The position numbers and the translations under genes are program-made. 56,939 nt of DNA from Catajapyx aquilonaris (lineage: Eukaryota), in NCBI GenBank assembly GCA_000934665.2, contig JYFJ02002960.1, forward strand, positions 1 through 56,939, written 5' to 3'. This document shows positions 1 to 12,577 of this stretch, one piece after another. The notes under the pieces are model-generated. The model saw only the letters and a program-made list of their open reading frames with translations. It ran no database searches and had not been told where the DNA came from. How positions within the stretch are numbered: position 1 is the first letter of the stretch; every line of letters starts with the position of its first letter.

Positions 1-567
1 TTAAGTGACCAGTGTGGCTTTCTCATGCCATCTAGAATATTAATACAAATCAGGGTGGCTCCATTTCAGATCAGCCAGTGAGTGAAAAAAGGTGTCATTG
101 CAGAAAGTTTTCATTGCCCAAGTCCCCAGTTGAAGATGATAAATAAAAGAGACAGGAAGAAGCGGTGTTTTGCAGCATTATGTTTACCCCAGCTGCCCAG
201 CATCCAGTACGAAGTGATCCATTGCAACAAACGATGAGGGGCATGTTAACTATACTTGTAGGGTAAACAATGAGTCAATGAGTGGTGTCTCTTCCTGCAC
301 TGCCACCCTCATCTTTTCATTTCAGCAGTGCAAAGCAGCATATTGTAAACTGCGCATAAACAGTATGGTGCATTTATTGCCTCTGCCGAGACCGTCACTG
401 ACATCAAGAGCTCTTCATCCTGACATGCAACGTTGGTCCAAGACTCCAAGGCACCGCGATGACTCTGACTTGACACCTTTTTTCACTCACTGGCTGATCT
501 GAAATGGAGCCACCCTGATTTGTATTAATATTCTAGATGGCATGAGAAAGCCACACTGGTCACTTAA
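1..567. mobile_element. Inverted-repeat (foldback/MITE-like) element, left arm cut by the window edge
   Basis: 1-97 is the exact reverse complement of 471-567 (97/97), with a 373-bp spacer. The true termini and TSD cannot be seen. Confidence 0.8.
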
Positions 568-1008
568 GTTAAATTTTTTGCTGATGCAATTGTTTATGAT
601 TTCAATCCAAACATGTATTGACTTACGAGATTACATGAGTAGTCTGTGTAGTTTCATCTGAAGTGAATCAGCTGTTATTTTGTGTTGGCCATAACTCTGA
701 ATTGACTTGTTATTTAGTTTTTGCCACATGGTTCAGTATCATTTCAGGTGTCGAATAATGTATTTTTTTGTCCAGACTTTTATCCGGAGCTCAAATGACT
801 TACTTGGAGTCATTAATTTTTCACTTACTGAGTTTAGCCATATTAAATATAAGGACCAACTGCAATGCAAAAATTGGAGTGCAGAAAACAATTCTGGAGT
901 GCAAATTGCAGCAATTCGAATTCGAATATTTCGGCCCCTGCCGCATGCATATGTGATAAATTTAAATATATGTGTTGTTTTGAATTTCCCCTTTCGTTTA
1001 TTATGCTT

Positions 1009-1146
1009 ATTATGCTTATTATTATTTATTATTATTATTATTATTAAATCCCGCTTAAACCCGTCTGGATCAGGGCGCAAGCTACAATGAATAGTTTCCA
1101 GCGACATTCCGTATTATAAGGCATCCTGCACACTTGGAACACCCTG
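1009..1146. mobile_element. Right-end remnant of a CAGGGTG-type Tc1/mariner MITE with adjacent (ATT)n
   Basis: 1132-1146 acttggaacaccctg is the exact reverse complement of the TIR at 12578-12592. The motif ctggatcagggcgcaagctaca resembles the subterminal arm of the 12578-12973 element. Confidence 0.55.
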
Positions 1147-1581
1147 AATATGATTGGCTTTAAATATCATTTTCTTCGCTTTAGATGTTTATGAAGACTG
1201 ACAGTCAGTCTGCTCTGATCCACAGGCACATTTAAGTATCTGCTCTGAACTTAACACCACGAGCATGTGATCGGAATAAATCAGTATAATTTTCTACCAA
1301 TAGCAGCAAAATAAATGGCATTTTTCTGCATCATACTTGAATTTCTGGGGACACATTTCCTTGCACTTTTGAGATAGGTTACAAAGGCAGATAAGGGCAG
1401 ATAAGGAGTCTCGTTCTCGAGAGGGGTAGATAACGGAGGAGGAAAAAAAAAACAGCAGATAAGCACCTGTGCAACCGGTTGCACCCTCGCCAGGCTGAAA
1501 ATTTTACATCGTGCCGTCTCCATCAAATTGCTCGCGACTGTACCCTCAGATATACCGTACACTATGTGCCTAGTCCATATA

Positions 1582-2019
1582 CAGGGTGTATCAAAACTCT
1601 ACCATAAGCCATGTACCAATGGCATAAGGGGCACCAGAGCATCATTTTATGTAGAGGGGTCATCCTGTCTAGGCAGCCACATCACGTAGATAATTGATCA
1701 TTTGCGTAGTAGCGATTGCGCTTAAGCGTGATTGTAGAATAGCAGTGCATCTGGTGGGAACTGCATTCTAAGAGCCCTTAGTGACTACCCCAATAGCAGT
1801 GTGGCAGTAGCCCCCCAGAAAATAGCTGCGACCTTCACCTGTGACGCGATGGCGGCTGAAGGTTTACATACCTGCCAGGATATTTTATACTAGTTGGTTG
1901 AGGTCAATTATCTACGTGATGTGGCTGCCTAGACATGATGACCCCTCTACATAAAATGATGCTCTCGTGCCCCTTATGCCATTGGTACATGGCTTATGGT
2001 ACAGTTTTGATACACCCTG
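1582..2019. mobile_element. Tc1/mariner-type MITE, 438 bp
   Basis: About 116-bp near-perfect TIRs (1582-1697 and 1904-2019) starting CAGGGTGTATCAAAACT. TA lies on both sides (1580-1581, 2020-2021) and there is no coding capacity. Confidence 0.9.
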
Positions 2020-3743
2020 TATTTGGACATTACCTGTTTCCTGGATAGAAAATAAAGTAGACTACAAGGGAAGGCCGCCATATATTTGGTCCGCTCAGCA
2101 TGACTCAGGAAGAATTTGGAACTCTGTTACAACGGTAACCACAAGTTTAAACTCTCATAAACAGTGTTGCGTACCGGTAAGTGAACTCTAATTAGGAGGG
2201 GAGCTTGGCATCTGCTCTCTTTGCTGCCTGCCACAGTTGGAAAATACTTCTTATGCTAATTGTTCCATCACTACATCCCCCTAGAGTGTTAATGCACACC
2301 GACAATAAGTTCCACAGGAGAAACTCGGCAAACGTTAATGGTTATTATCTGACAATAAGTAGGCGTCAAGATGGCGGTGTAATGCTTAGATTAAGTGCGA
2401 GGCACTGCCGGTGTCCACAGGGCCAGGGCTGTAGTTACTGCTTCTTAATAGGTCTATAACATTATGCTAATATATTCCCACAAGTCTTGGGAAAGTTGCC
2501 AATTATTCTCGTGAGCTGCTCTTCCACAAAGAATAATACTCAAAGAACAATAAATACCCCATGGGAACCTAAATTTCGGTTCGAGGTGTATATTCCAATT
2601 TTTTTGGCTACTAGTTTGGGCCAAAAATGTAGAGGACGGAAAAGTTCGGGAAAATACTAATTTTACGTTCAAACCTATGTGAGTCTTTTCGCAGTCTCGT
2701 TGGAAGTTCCCAACAAAGCACGAAATAGGCTTGATAAACAATATCAAAATCAACACAACAATGTGCAAGTGTCATTCATTAACAATCTTTCCCAGAGCTG
2801 GCTACCAACTCTGTTACTGTTGCGCGTCGCTTATAATCCTTTTTATGGTATTCGGCCTCTCCAAATTAGCCGTTACTACATAAGCCGTTTCACACACAAA
2901 AAAGCTGCTTTTTACACCACTACTTGTGCAAGTAGGCTAACGACTCATAATTATGTAGACTGTGGTGAGCACCCCCCAACTAAATTCGTGCCCAACTAAG
3001 ACTCACCATCTGCTAGCTGACCCCCCCTCCCCATCCCTAGCCCCCCTCAAATATTCGTGCTCGTATTCAACTTCACGAGGCTCATTACGACCCATTGAGC
3101 CAGGTAAGGTCGCAACCTATGCAAGCCTTTTGTTCAGCGCCGGAAAACGGAACGGAATTTATCGCGCGAGCAAATAGGCGCCGTAATGTGAGTCGCTTGT
3201 TTAGAAGTCAACTGAAGAAATTTTTTTTTTGTTCCTTCCTACCCAAACAGAGTTATATAGACCATATATCTAATTAAGTCGTCAAGCTTGGAAACTAAAA
3301 CGAGGGTGCAGCAATGAACCCAATTACATAGCTCGTGTCTGCCGGAGGAAAGAGCCCTTTTTCGAACTGAAATTTCCCCGCTTGATGAATTATTATATGG
3401 GCAATAATTATACCTTCCGCAGTTGCCTGATGTAGTTATATATTTGGACGGGACTAATGACAGCTCACAACCGCAAAAGCCTGGGCTCGTCGCATGATAC
3501 TTTTTTTTCTCTCTCTAGGATTTCCATGCTCTGGATGATAATCATAGAGTGGGGAGCAAGCCAAATTGTTAGGGTGCAGAAACGATAATGAATAATAATC
3601 GCAACTAATATTTACTTACGCAGCACATCATTTAAGCATTAACTTAGGCAGAATGTACGACTGGTATTCATAAGCTCGCAAGAATCGGTCGTAGCGTGAG
3701 CGTGAATACCATTGGTTCGTTCACTTCTCGCTCACGTTAAAAG

Positions 3744-3953
3744 TAGGGCTGTGCGATATTTCGATACATCGACTGTCGATACGATATTTTCCTAATATCG
3801 AAGTTGCGATATCCGACGCTTGGTATGTTCGATGTATCGAATATCGCGATTTTTCGATGTCGGCTCGATGTCGGTTTTCGATATATCGACTTCGATTCGA
3901 TATTTTTTAAGTATCGAAAGTCGATATGTAATTTCGGATATCGCACAGCCCTA
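3744..3953. mobile_element. hAT-type MITE, 210 bp
   Basis: Perfect 16-bp TIR TAGGGCTGTGCGATAT, perfect 8-bp TSD GTTAAAAG (3736-3743 and 3954-3961), and an internal array of TCGA/CGATA motifs. Confidence 0.93.
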
Positions 3954-5797
3954 GTTAAAAGCCTCGGGAAGGGCTGAGTGTGGCAGCTGTACCTAACATC
4001 CTAACCTTGCTTCCAGGCGGATAGACGCCTATCCTTCAGCGGACAGACGCTTAGGAAAATATGTAAAAATGCGGGGTCTCCCGATACGAAAGTGTAGCCA
4101 AGTCTAGTTCTCTCGTGCTTTCGACTGGGATACAGTTTTAATTTGCGTAAACCGAATTAAAGTTGGAAGATGATTATGGGCTCAAATTATTAACCAATTA
4201 TGATCGTGCCCTACAAATACGTAGCTGTAGTTGGAAGCAGAGGTGGATTTGTTGTTAGAACACCAGGTTCATCAGCGGACTATATTTTCCAATCCTCTTC
4301 ACCCTGGATGTCACGCCTGAGTGGAAATTTTGATCCACATTACTTTTTCACCACCCTGATAATGCAAACCCTCCCAGCTGTTGCATATCTCAAATAATTC
4401 CCGTAATACTCACAAAAAATGGCGGGCGGGACACACACGCTCTCAACGGAGAAGAAACGATGAATATTTTACTTTTCCACTCAGAGCCGTGATTTTCCAC
4501 ACAAAAAATAAAAAAAAGAAAGACTCAGAAGCTTTCGCAAGATCCATCTTTGTCTATTCCGCTTATCTCGGGATAGCCCGTGTCCCATAAGCTCTTAGAG
4601 CCCACGAAATGTATCCTAGTCTGGTGTCATTTGACATAAATTTAAACCTTTTGAAAAGGGGAAGTGGGGAAGGGGATATGAGAAGATGGTGGTGGTGGGG
4701 GGGGGGGGNTGGCCATCACTAGAGCCGCTGCACTCCGTCTTCGTTGCGGCACAAGCCGTCATAACTCACCCACCGTCATGTCGCATCCACGCTCCAAAAC
4801 AAGATCCCAGTGGCACAGTCAACATAAAAGCCAATGCTTTCCGCTGTCTTCTCGGCAAGAAAGACCGACCCAACAGCCTCTCCCTATTCCCCCCCCCCCC
4901 AAAAAAAAAAATACAAAATACAAAAAAACGAAGAAACTAGAGGGAAATTGGCCCCTCGTTCCAAAACCGCGGGGTAACTTTGCTCCAGTTCGCAGCAGCG
5001 GGAGATTATGAAGGTGAAAGTGAAGCACTCTGGAATATTGTTAGATTATTACTTGGCTTTCTCGTGCGGGGTTTCCTGGTCTGGAATGTGGAAGCGATGC
5101 CTAACCCGGATTTCCAGAATCGATTTGAACTAAGAGTACGAGAGGGTTTCGTCTCTATACGGGCTCGTATGGCTGAGGGAGTCGATAAGTTCAAACGTGG
5201 GGCGTAACTTATGACGCATAATGAGCTGGACTCATTTCGACCGTGCACGTTGCAAATTCGTTACGAGGATATAAGGCTCCAACTTTCACAACTCGAATTT
5301 GATATAACTCCAACTTTATGATGATCCGTTCAGTTGGCCTGAGTTTGCGACTCGCCATCATTTTGAAAACTACTGTAATTTCATTCTTTTTTCGAGCTGG
5401 CCTTTTTTTTAGTTAGACAATTTAAGTTTTTGCATAAATTTACTGCCTGAGAAGCTCAAATTTGCACAATATTGTCACATTTTTGTAAATACGCAATATG
5501 GTGCTTTAATGCAACATTTTGTACATTGCGTACAGCTCCCACCAAAATGGGATTATTTGGACGATAATATCATGTAGGAAATTATCACATAATTATCGTC
5601 GGCATTTAAGTGAAATTCACCAAGTCCAAAAAACCAGTTTCGAGATAATCAATGACAAAAATTTGACCTTGCATTTGTTTACATGTTAGTGAATACAGAA
5701 AATATGGGCTTACTGGATCATTATGAATCTGTAGGACTAAACAGACTTCGCCAGGCAATAGCTATAGAGGTACAAAAAAAAGCTACATAGTGGTGTA

Positions 5798-6040
5798 CAG
5801 TACCCACAGCATAACTTCTCAAAAAAAGGGATCAGGCGACTTATCCCCCTCCACTCCACACCAGACACCTTAAGCTATCTGATTGGGGACCAGAAGGTGG
5901 GGGGCCTCTGCTACACCACTCAGATCGGTGGGTACAGTGCGGTACAAAAGAAATGCTCTTTTGAAACCCTACCGTGTATGGCTTAAGCACAGAGATATTT
6001 AGACATTGCTATTTTTTGAGAAGTTAGGATGTGGATACTG
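5798..6040. mobile_element. Tc1/mariner-type MITE, 243 bp
   Basis: Imperfect 29-bp TIRs, CAGTACCCACAGCATAACTTCTCAAAAAA versus CAGTATCCACATCCTAACTTCTCAAAAAA, with TA on both sides. Confidence 0.75.
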
Positions 6041-6844
6041 TAAAGGACCCAAAATCGCCATAATTGGACTTAGTGTGTTTCACTTCCATGTTCACAATAT
6101 GACATGACAATACTTCCTCTTACAAAGCCTCTTATCGCTCTAAGTTATCGCGTTTGTGCTGGAGAACAGGGTGGAATTAAGATTAGACGATGCATCAGTG
6201 TTAGGCCTACCTTTAAAGGCTAATAGCACTATATATTATTATTAGCTGGTTCATCCACCTTCCATTATTCAACGCAAACCATTTAATTGTAGCAATTACG
6301 TATATAGATCCAAAAAGTGTCACCATGCGTTAACTCTCATGGGGACGACATTAGCTCCCAATATGAGGGAAGGTTATGGCCACACACTATATGTACAATT
6401 TGTGGTTATGGAACTGACGATCCACAAGCAAAAACCGTAATTCGCTATGTAATTATTCTTCATAATGCTTTTTCGTATGTTACCATCCGAATGGGATTAT
6501 TAAATCAGCGGAGCCAGATGATCAACTGGAGTCAGATAAATGCCAACAATTACTGAGGCAGGAAGGTAGGAGAGGGTAGGAGGTTTTCGCCTTTTTACAT
6601 TCTTTGCTTCTCTTCTCGTTTGCACTCTTCCTATTCGACAGAGTGGGTCGAAATTGAATTCATTGGAGATTTTTTCCCCCTTGGGCTCGATAGTGATTTT
6701 CTCTTGCAAGCGCTGCTATGAATCTGCGAACCGCTTATCAAATCGGGCACTTGACGCATTTACGATGACATTTCTGCGAAATATTTTTTTCCCCTCCATT
6801 GTGAAAACTCGCATTTCTTAGGAATGAGGGAGCCTTATTGAAAG

Positions 6845-8091
6845 AAAGCCAGTATTAGCGCTTTTATTTGGAGTCGATCTGGAATTACCGACAAAAAACT
6901 TGGACTCTAGTCTTACCATCAATATTTTCGCTACTGGCGTAAGAAATAGTCTGGGCTACAACCGTACTGGGCAGTGCGAAAATCCTGATTCAGCCACAAA
7001 ATCTCCACCAGGAATCCATTTTTTTTTGTTGGAAATTTCAATGGTCAGCAAAATAATGCGTGATGAATAATTAATTATACGTGTGCATGTGTAGCCCTCA
7101 TACTGTATATGCTATTATGATACGCATGATGATTAGCGAATCACAACAAAGACTGAAGCAGCGCGTTAGATTTTGGCCATTTGACGACACGCCGTGCCCT
7201 CATCAACGCTGGCCAATTATAATTGTGTTCCAGTCCCAACAATCAAATTACGCAGGAATTGCCGCTGTTCCGCACTTCTGCCTCCCTGTTTACTTTTTAT
7301 CTAATTGTCTCGGACATGTGCTGGCAGAGACTAGAACCACTGGCTAATTTCTAATTTTTAGAACGCGACTTTTTTCTGTCAGAGCTTTTTTTTCCCACCC
7401 AAAATATAAATGCAATCTACCCTCTACGGACCAGTAATAAAACATGAGTACTCACCAAATGGTTGACAGAGGATTGCACATCTCGTAAGAAACGTCTTGT
7501 CCCTTGGGCAGAGTTGTCGACCTCTCTCGACGTCTCCCCAGTGACCTTTTGTTCTCGACTCATCCTCTCAGGATTACGCCTGTCTTCGCGTAGGTGCCAC
7601 GTCCGGAAACTTGGGTTTGGTACACGGTCCAGAAAAAAAATTTGGTAGATTTTTTTGTCCATAAAAATGAGTAGATAAATAAGTAAATAACTTAAAAACA
7701 CGAGCAGTTCACTTGTCCTGTACATTATAGTTTCTAAAAAGTAGAAAAGGTCCGAACGATTTCGTTGCTTCCCGCTTCACGTCCTTATGTACACCACCAA
7801 TCAGCTTGCTTCGAAACCACCTTAGGTCAAAAAATGAAATAAATAAAAAAAACAACAATGTTCAATGTGGTCCTGGGCCTGGCCGCCACTGGCCTGCATT
7901 GTCTCGAATAATTTTTCACTGTGCCCTCATCAGACAACGTTGACCTCCTGACCCCCTCGAGAGGAGTGTGAGAGGTAGGCAGCACTTATGAAAGTCCCTC
8001 CTCAACTGAAAGACAGGCGGCCGACCGCCATGTGAGGACATTTCAAAGGGGAAAAGGACACTTCGGATGTCGACACATGGGCTGGCCCTAT
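6845..8091 (-). other. Putative 3' UTR of the Sidestep-like gene (end uncertain)
   Basis: Follows the stop codon and has U-rich tracts on the sense strand (for example 7831-7858). The first canonical minus-strand AATAAA I found is at 6863-6868. Confidence 0.45.
6863..6868 (-). terminator. Candidate polyadenylation signal AATAAA
   Basis: Plus-strand TTTATT about 1.2 kb downstream of the stop codon, followed on the sense strand by a pyrimidine-rich stretch (ctttctttc). Motif evidence only. Confidence 0.35.
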
Positions 8092-8340
8092 CTACACCGT
8101 GCTCTCACGCTTGGCCACCATGAGAGGTGTCTCGGCAGTGGCCTGCTCGTCTTCGCCCGGAGGGGGCAGGCACTCCACCGTGGGTAAGGAGGCCGCGGTG
8201 CCCTCGCCATGGGTCACCGTGCTGTATAGGAGGGCAGTGGGGCCTCGGCGACCGTGACCTCCGCCTCCTCCGGCGGAATATGCTGTCCAATGGGGCCGAG
8301 GCAAAGTGCAGGTCGGGTATGCTGGCACGCCCTCGTCTTT
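8092..8340 (-). CDS. Terminal coding exon with C-terminal class I PDZ-binding motif (ESTV)
   Basis: Acceptor ctgactgtactttgcag|, phase 0, GC-rich coding-like sequence. Translates KDEGVPAYPTCTLPRPHW...EDEQATAETPLMVAKRESTV; the TAG stop is at 8094-8092. Confidence 0.92.
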   Translation of the reverse strand, partial: KDEGVPAYPTCTLPRPHWTAYSAGGGGGHGRRGPTALLYSTVTHGEGTAASLPTVECLPPPGEDEQATAETPLMVAKRESTV

Positions 8341-10836
8341 CTGCAAAGTACAGTCAGATGCATCATATACACAGTTCAAGGATAGATGGCACATTTGATG
8401 TACCGTACTGTATAAAAGGGCCAAGCAGTTCTTTGTAAACAAGTGCCTCATGTTTGGTATAGACGAATATACGCGGCTTTACTGATGTCATATTGATGGA
8501 TAAGACATTGGCAGCCCCACTTTCAATATCCTCTCCACATCCTGCAAGCCTTTCATTATGGCCATAATATCCGGGGCAACCGTAATTTGGGTACAAACAA
8601 CTCCTCTTACCTGGCCTTCCTCTCGCTAATCCAATGATTTGAAAGAGTGGGGATGTGCTGGTTGGAGATGAGGTGAGGTAAGGGAGGGTTGCGGAGGATG
8701 GGAGAGGGAGGGGAGGGGTGTTCACTGAGCTCTCTTCAATTACCATGCCGCCATAAGAGGAAACAAATCCCCAGGACAGGGGATCAAGCTGCGGCCTGAT
8801 TCAGGAAATGACTGACTGTTCCGGGAGGGCAGCTCCGGTGCGTTTTCCCTTGGTGCCCGGAACGCAACAGTTTCCTGGGGGGGGGGGGGGGNAGGGGAAG
8901 GTCCAAACCCCGCTCTTGTGCTACACACGTTAAGCCCTGGCAAAAGCTCTCAATCCCTCTCGTCGGAAGGGCTTCCACCCCTTTTCAGGCGGAGCGTCTC
9001 TACCCATGCTAACGATGGCCAGGGTTATTAAGGGCCGAGACGATGTTCCGCTGAGGTTGGGATATGGCAGCTTGGGGCCACCCCCATTCTGGGTGTTTGC
9101 GTTTCCAAAACTGACCCTGCGGCAGCCCAGCCAGGGAAAGAGAATTATGGCTATGGGCCGATAGACTGCTCAAGAGGACCTCAACTGCTGCCAGCCCTTT
9201 TCACCTGCTTACTTGCACGCAACATGGGCTCGCAGCTATTGTCCTACAAAATCAGCTGCTTTTATCTCCCATCAAACCTAGTCTGGCTGGCCATCTAATC
9301 TTCATCAGTGTGGTTTTTGATAGGGATTCATCAGTACGGTTGGCTGAGGGCATTATGCCTTATTATGCGGAGCCTAGTCAAAAGTGATGACCTCAGATAA
9401 CTACACGGACAGTTAAAAAAATAGGTTTGTCACTTTATGTGACGTGTTACAAAGTGCTACTCATCTCCATTATCCTGCCCATACCAATTACGAGCTATGT
9501 AACATTAGGAAGCCTCGCCATACTCAATTTTATGAAGGTCATTTTCAAACTCTAATCTGGCGCATTCTTCCCAGGTAATAATGTGAAGTGTAATCTCTTC
9601 AGTATACAGGTAGTCTATGGGAAAAAATGTACTGCGGGCGAGGACTATCTTCAGTTATGGTTGGTTTATTGTTAGTATTGGTCATTATCAGGATGAGAGC
9701 GACAAAATAGTCATATCGCGGAGTATAGAGGAGCTTCAAATTTTTTTCAGCCTATCCTGTCAGGAGAGGTCAACTGATAGGCAGCTCTGTAGACCGTCCT
9801 AAACCTTTATGATACGTCACGTGATGATTAGCCAAGCTTCTGCGCCGGACCAGGTTTGGTTTATCTATCCCATGCTGCTGGAGCTAAAACCTCATCTCGA
9901 ACAACCTCATCCCCCCCCCCCCCCCNCCTCCATCCTTTACACTAGTATCAGAGTATGTTCATTTTAAACACACTAATGGTCATATAGCATGTTAACTACT
10001 CCCAGTAGTGAGTACTACTACTTGTACATTTACCAGAAAGTTGTCACCCAAGTGACGCAATGATAAAATGCAGACCGTGACGTGAGAAAGGCGGACCCTC
10101 TGACGTCCTCAAGCTGTTTATTAAATCCACCCCCCCCTTTATTCATCCTGTCCTACACCCTCCATTAGCCTAAAAAGAAGGGGCCTAGTTCGCGTTTTTT
10201 AGCTATTTACTGTATAAACTGGAAAAATTTGTGATCTCTCTTGAGGCAACCATGACACAAAAAATGTCAGTCCTCGCCTGGTGACCATAGTTGCCTGGGT
10301 TTTTCTAACTAACGAACAAAAATAGGGGGATAGACTTTAAAGAGAGTTTAGACATCGTGACGTTGCATAACATGGAAGTGGTGGTTGGGTCACGAAAGTT
10401 TAAAAAATGAACTCGGCTCCCTTTGTAGACAAGTCCCCTGAGTTCCCTCAGAATCAGCGTATAATGTAATGTCACATCGGTCGTTGCAATGTCAGGTTTC
10501 TGGGACAATATATTCATAACCAAAATTTCATCGCAGCGGACATTTATCGCCAGTAATGTACTGCACCTCGTCGGACAATACATCCCTTCTAATTTACCCT
10601 ACAGATTACATTATGGTTTGATGTCCCAAATAACTATGCGTTGTATTAGCTGTTTAATGGAATTAGACCTGTTATATGACATGGATCAGTATTCATGACT
10701 TGATCTATATTACACAAAAAAGTTACAAGTAAAATAACAAAATATGTATAAATGGGAAATGGGAAAAGGTTTGCTTAAAGTCAGTACGAAAATTAGCTTT
10801 TTTCAGAAATGTATTACCTGACATAGAGCACTACGT

Positions 10837-11159
10837 GCTTTGGACTTTTTGACTTATAATGTCGCCGTAATTGAAGTTTACTATCGCAGCGTTATTTCAT
10901 GGAGTTTTTGGTTGGAATGTTCTGATGTTTTACAATCAAGGTTTCTGTCGTCTAGAGGCAAAATGTATCAAATGGCAAACATTAGTTGTAATACTGCTGC
11001 GTTTACAACTATAATGTTTGCCATTTGATACATTTTGCCTCTACACGACAGAAACCTTGATTGTAAAACATCAGAACATTCCAACCAAAAACTCCATGAA
11101 ATACCGCTGCGATAGCAAACTTCAATTACGGCGACATTATAGGTCAAAAAGTCCAAAGC
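10837..11159. repeat. Near-perfect 323-bp palindrome/hairpin
   Basis: Arms 10837-10991 and 11003-11159 differ by 4 substitutions and one 2-nt indel, with an 11-nt loop. No TSD is evident. Confidence 0.95.
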
Positions 11160-12344
11160 CTCGAAATTGACACGTCGCTCGTACCATCTTGGTCACGATA
11201 TGAGTTAAAGCTTGTCGCTGTGGCAAAGCCAGACTTTAGGGGCGTTAAAATGGCGAAATTGGATGCCAGCGTCATCGATGCTCCCGTCCAACAACCCACA
11301 AAAAAAGCAAGCGGTTAAAAAAGAGAACCCAAAAAATGCTGCAAAGAAGAAAAAAAAAGTGGAGAGGAACATGGTGTGGACCGTGGGAAGCTGCTATGGA
11401 GCAACAGCATAGACCAAAACGGACTACACCCTGCTTCCAGCCTTTCTAAAAATCAATACTAGCCTCTCGTGACTAGGATGTGTTATTCATACGAACACCC
11501 CAAAGTTGTGTGGAGGCCTAAGCCAGAGTTAGAACCAATGTTCATGCAATTATAGCCTACAAACAGATTTTTAAAATGCCAATAAAACCGCTCCATAATT
11601 TAAATCATGTCTATTAGCACCTCCAATATACCGTTACAACACGTAACGTTGGCCTAATCCCTACATAACTGCAACCTTTTCCCATTTCTGTAACAGCCAT
11701 CACCTATAATTTATGGACGTTGATTATGCCTGTAGCAGCAACCATGACTCCACCCTTAAAAAATGCTATCAGTTACACCATTTAACAGCATTGTTCTCTC
11801 TGCCAGGAAGAACAAAGAGGATTTCGGCAAAGCCTTGATATATGAATTAAAGCTTCAGAAAACTTGAAGCTTTTAGAAACTCCCTTATTGTTTTCTTGAC
11901 TAGCGTAGGGACAAGCGGAATCAGCTCCTTCTGTGGTAGTTACCATCACCCAACTAGACTGTTATCAACCCCAAACCGTCACTGTCTTGACAAAGCCCAA
12001 AAAGTGTATAGAAATAAAAGAAGGGAGACCACTCTTCTTCGGTTTTTTTTATATGGCGCCCTGACTCATTGATGTGTTGTCCGGCAGCATTAATTTTGTT
12101 ATCTGGTCTTGATAAGTTGCGTGCTTCCGGTTTCCTTGCACGTACAGGAGGCCTCTTGGAGCGGACGTAATTGGAGAAAAAAAAAATCACTTTAACGAGG
12201 AGACGTCAATCGTCGTGGTTCAATTGTTAAACCACCCCTTTCTTTAGGACCGTGGTAGGAATGCTGACCACAATTGAGAAATTCTACTGACTGATTCGTA
12301 TGGCAAGTTTACATTGATGAAATCTGGGATTACTGTAAGTGTAA

Positions 12345-12472
12345 GGGTTGGTTTCACCAAGCCCGTTTTTCATAAAAACCCAGGTTCTTTCGGAAAATCC
12401 CTATTCTATTTGCAGGGATTTTCCGAAAAGAACCCGGGTTTTTATGAAAACCGAGCTTGGTGAAACCGGCTC
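12345..12472. mobile_element. PIF/Harbinger-type palindromic MITE, 128 bp
   Basis: About 58-bp imperfect arms beginning GGGTTGGTTTCACCAAGC / GAGCCGGTTTCACCAAGC, an 11-nt loop, and TAA on both sides (12342-12344, 12473-12475). Confidence 0.78.
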
Positions 12473-12577
12473 TAAAGTGTATGTCAAAAACAGGTTCAGA
12501 CTAACCATTATAAATCTAGGGGAAGCTGAAGTTGTATCGTTTCCTAACCCTATTCCGCGATTGTGCTGAAGGTTATA

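Noticed and set aside
8002..8094. Stop-codon readthrough of the TAG
   Set aside because: The context is TAG-A rather than the leaky TGA-C, the extension is short and featureless, and it would mask the PDZ motif.
10840..11156. Two nearly identical 62-aa ORFs on opposite strands
   Set aside because: A mirror-image consequence of the palindrome; non-ATG starts and no recognisable protein features.
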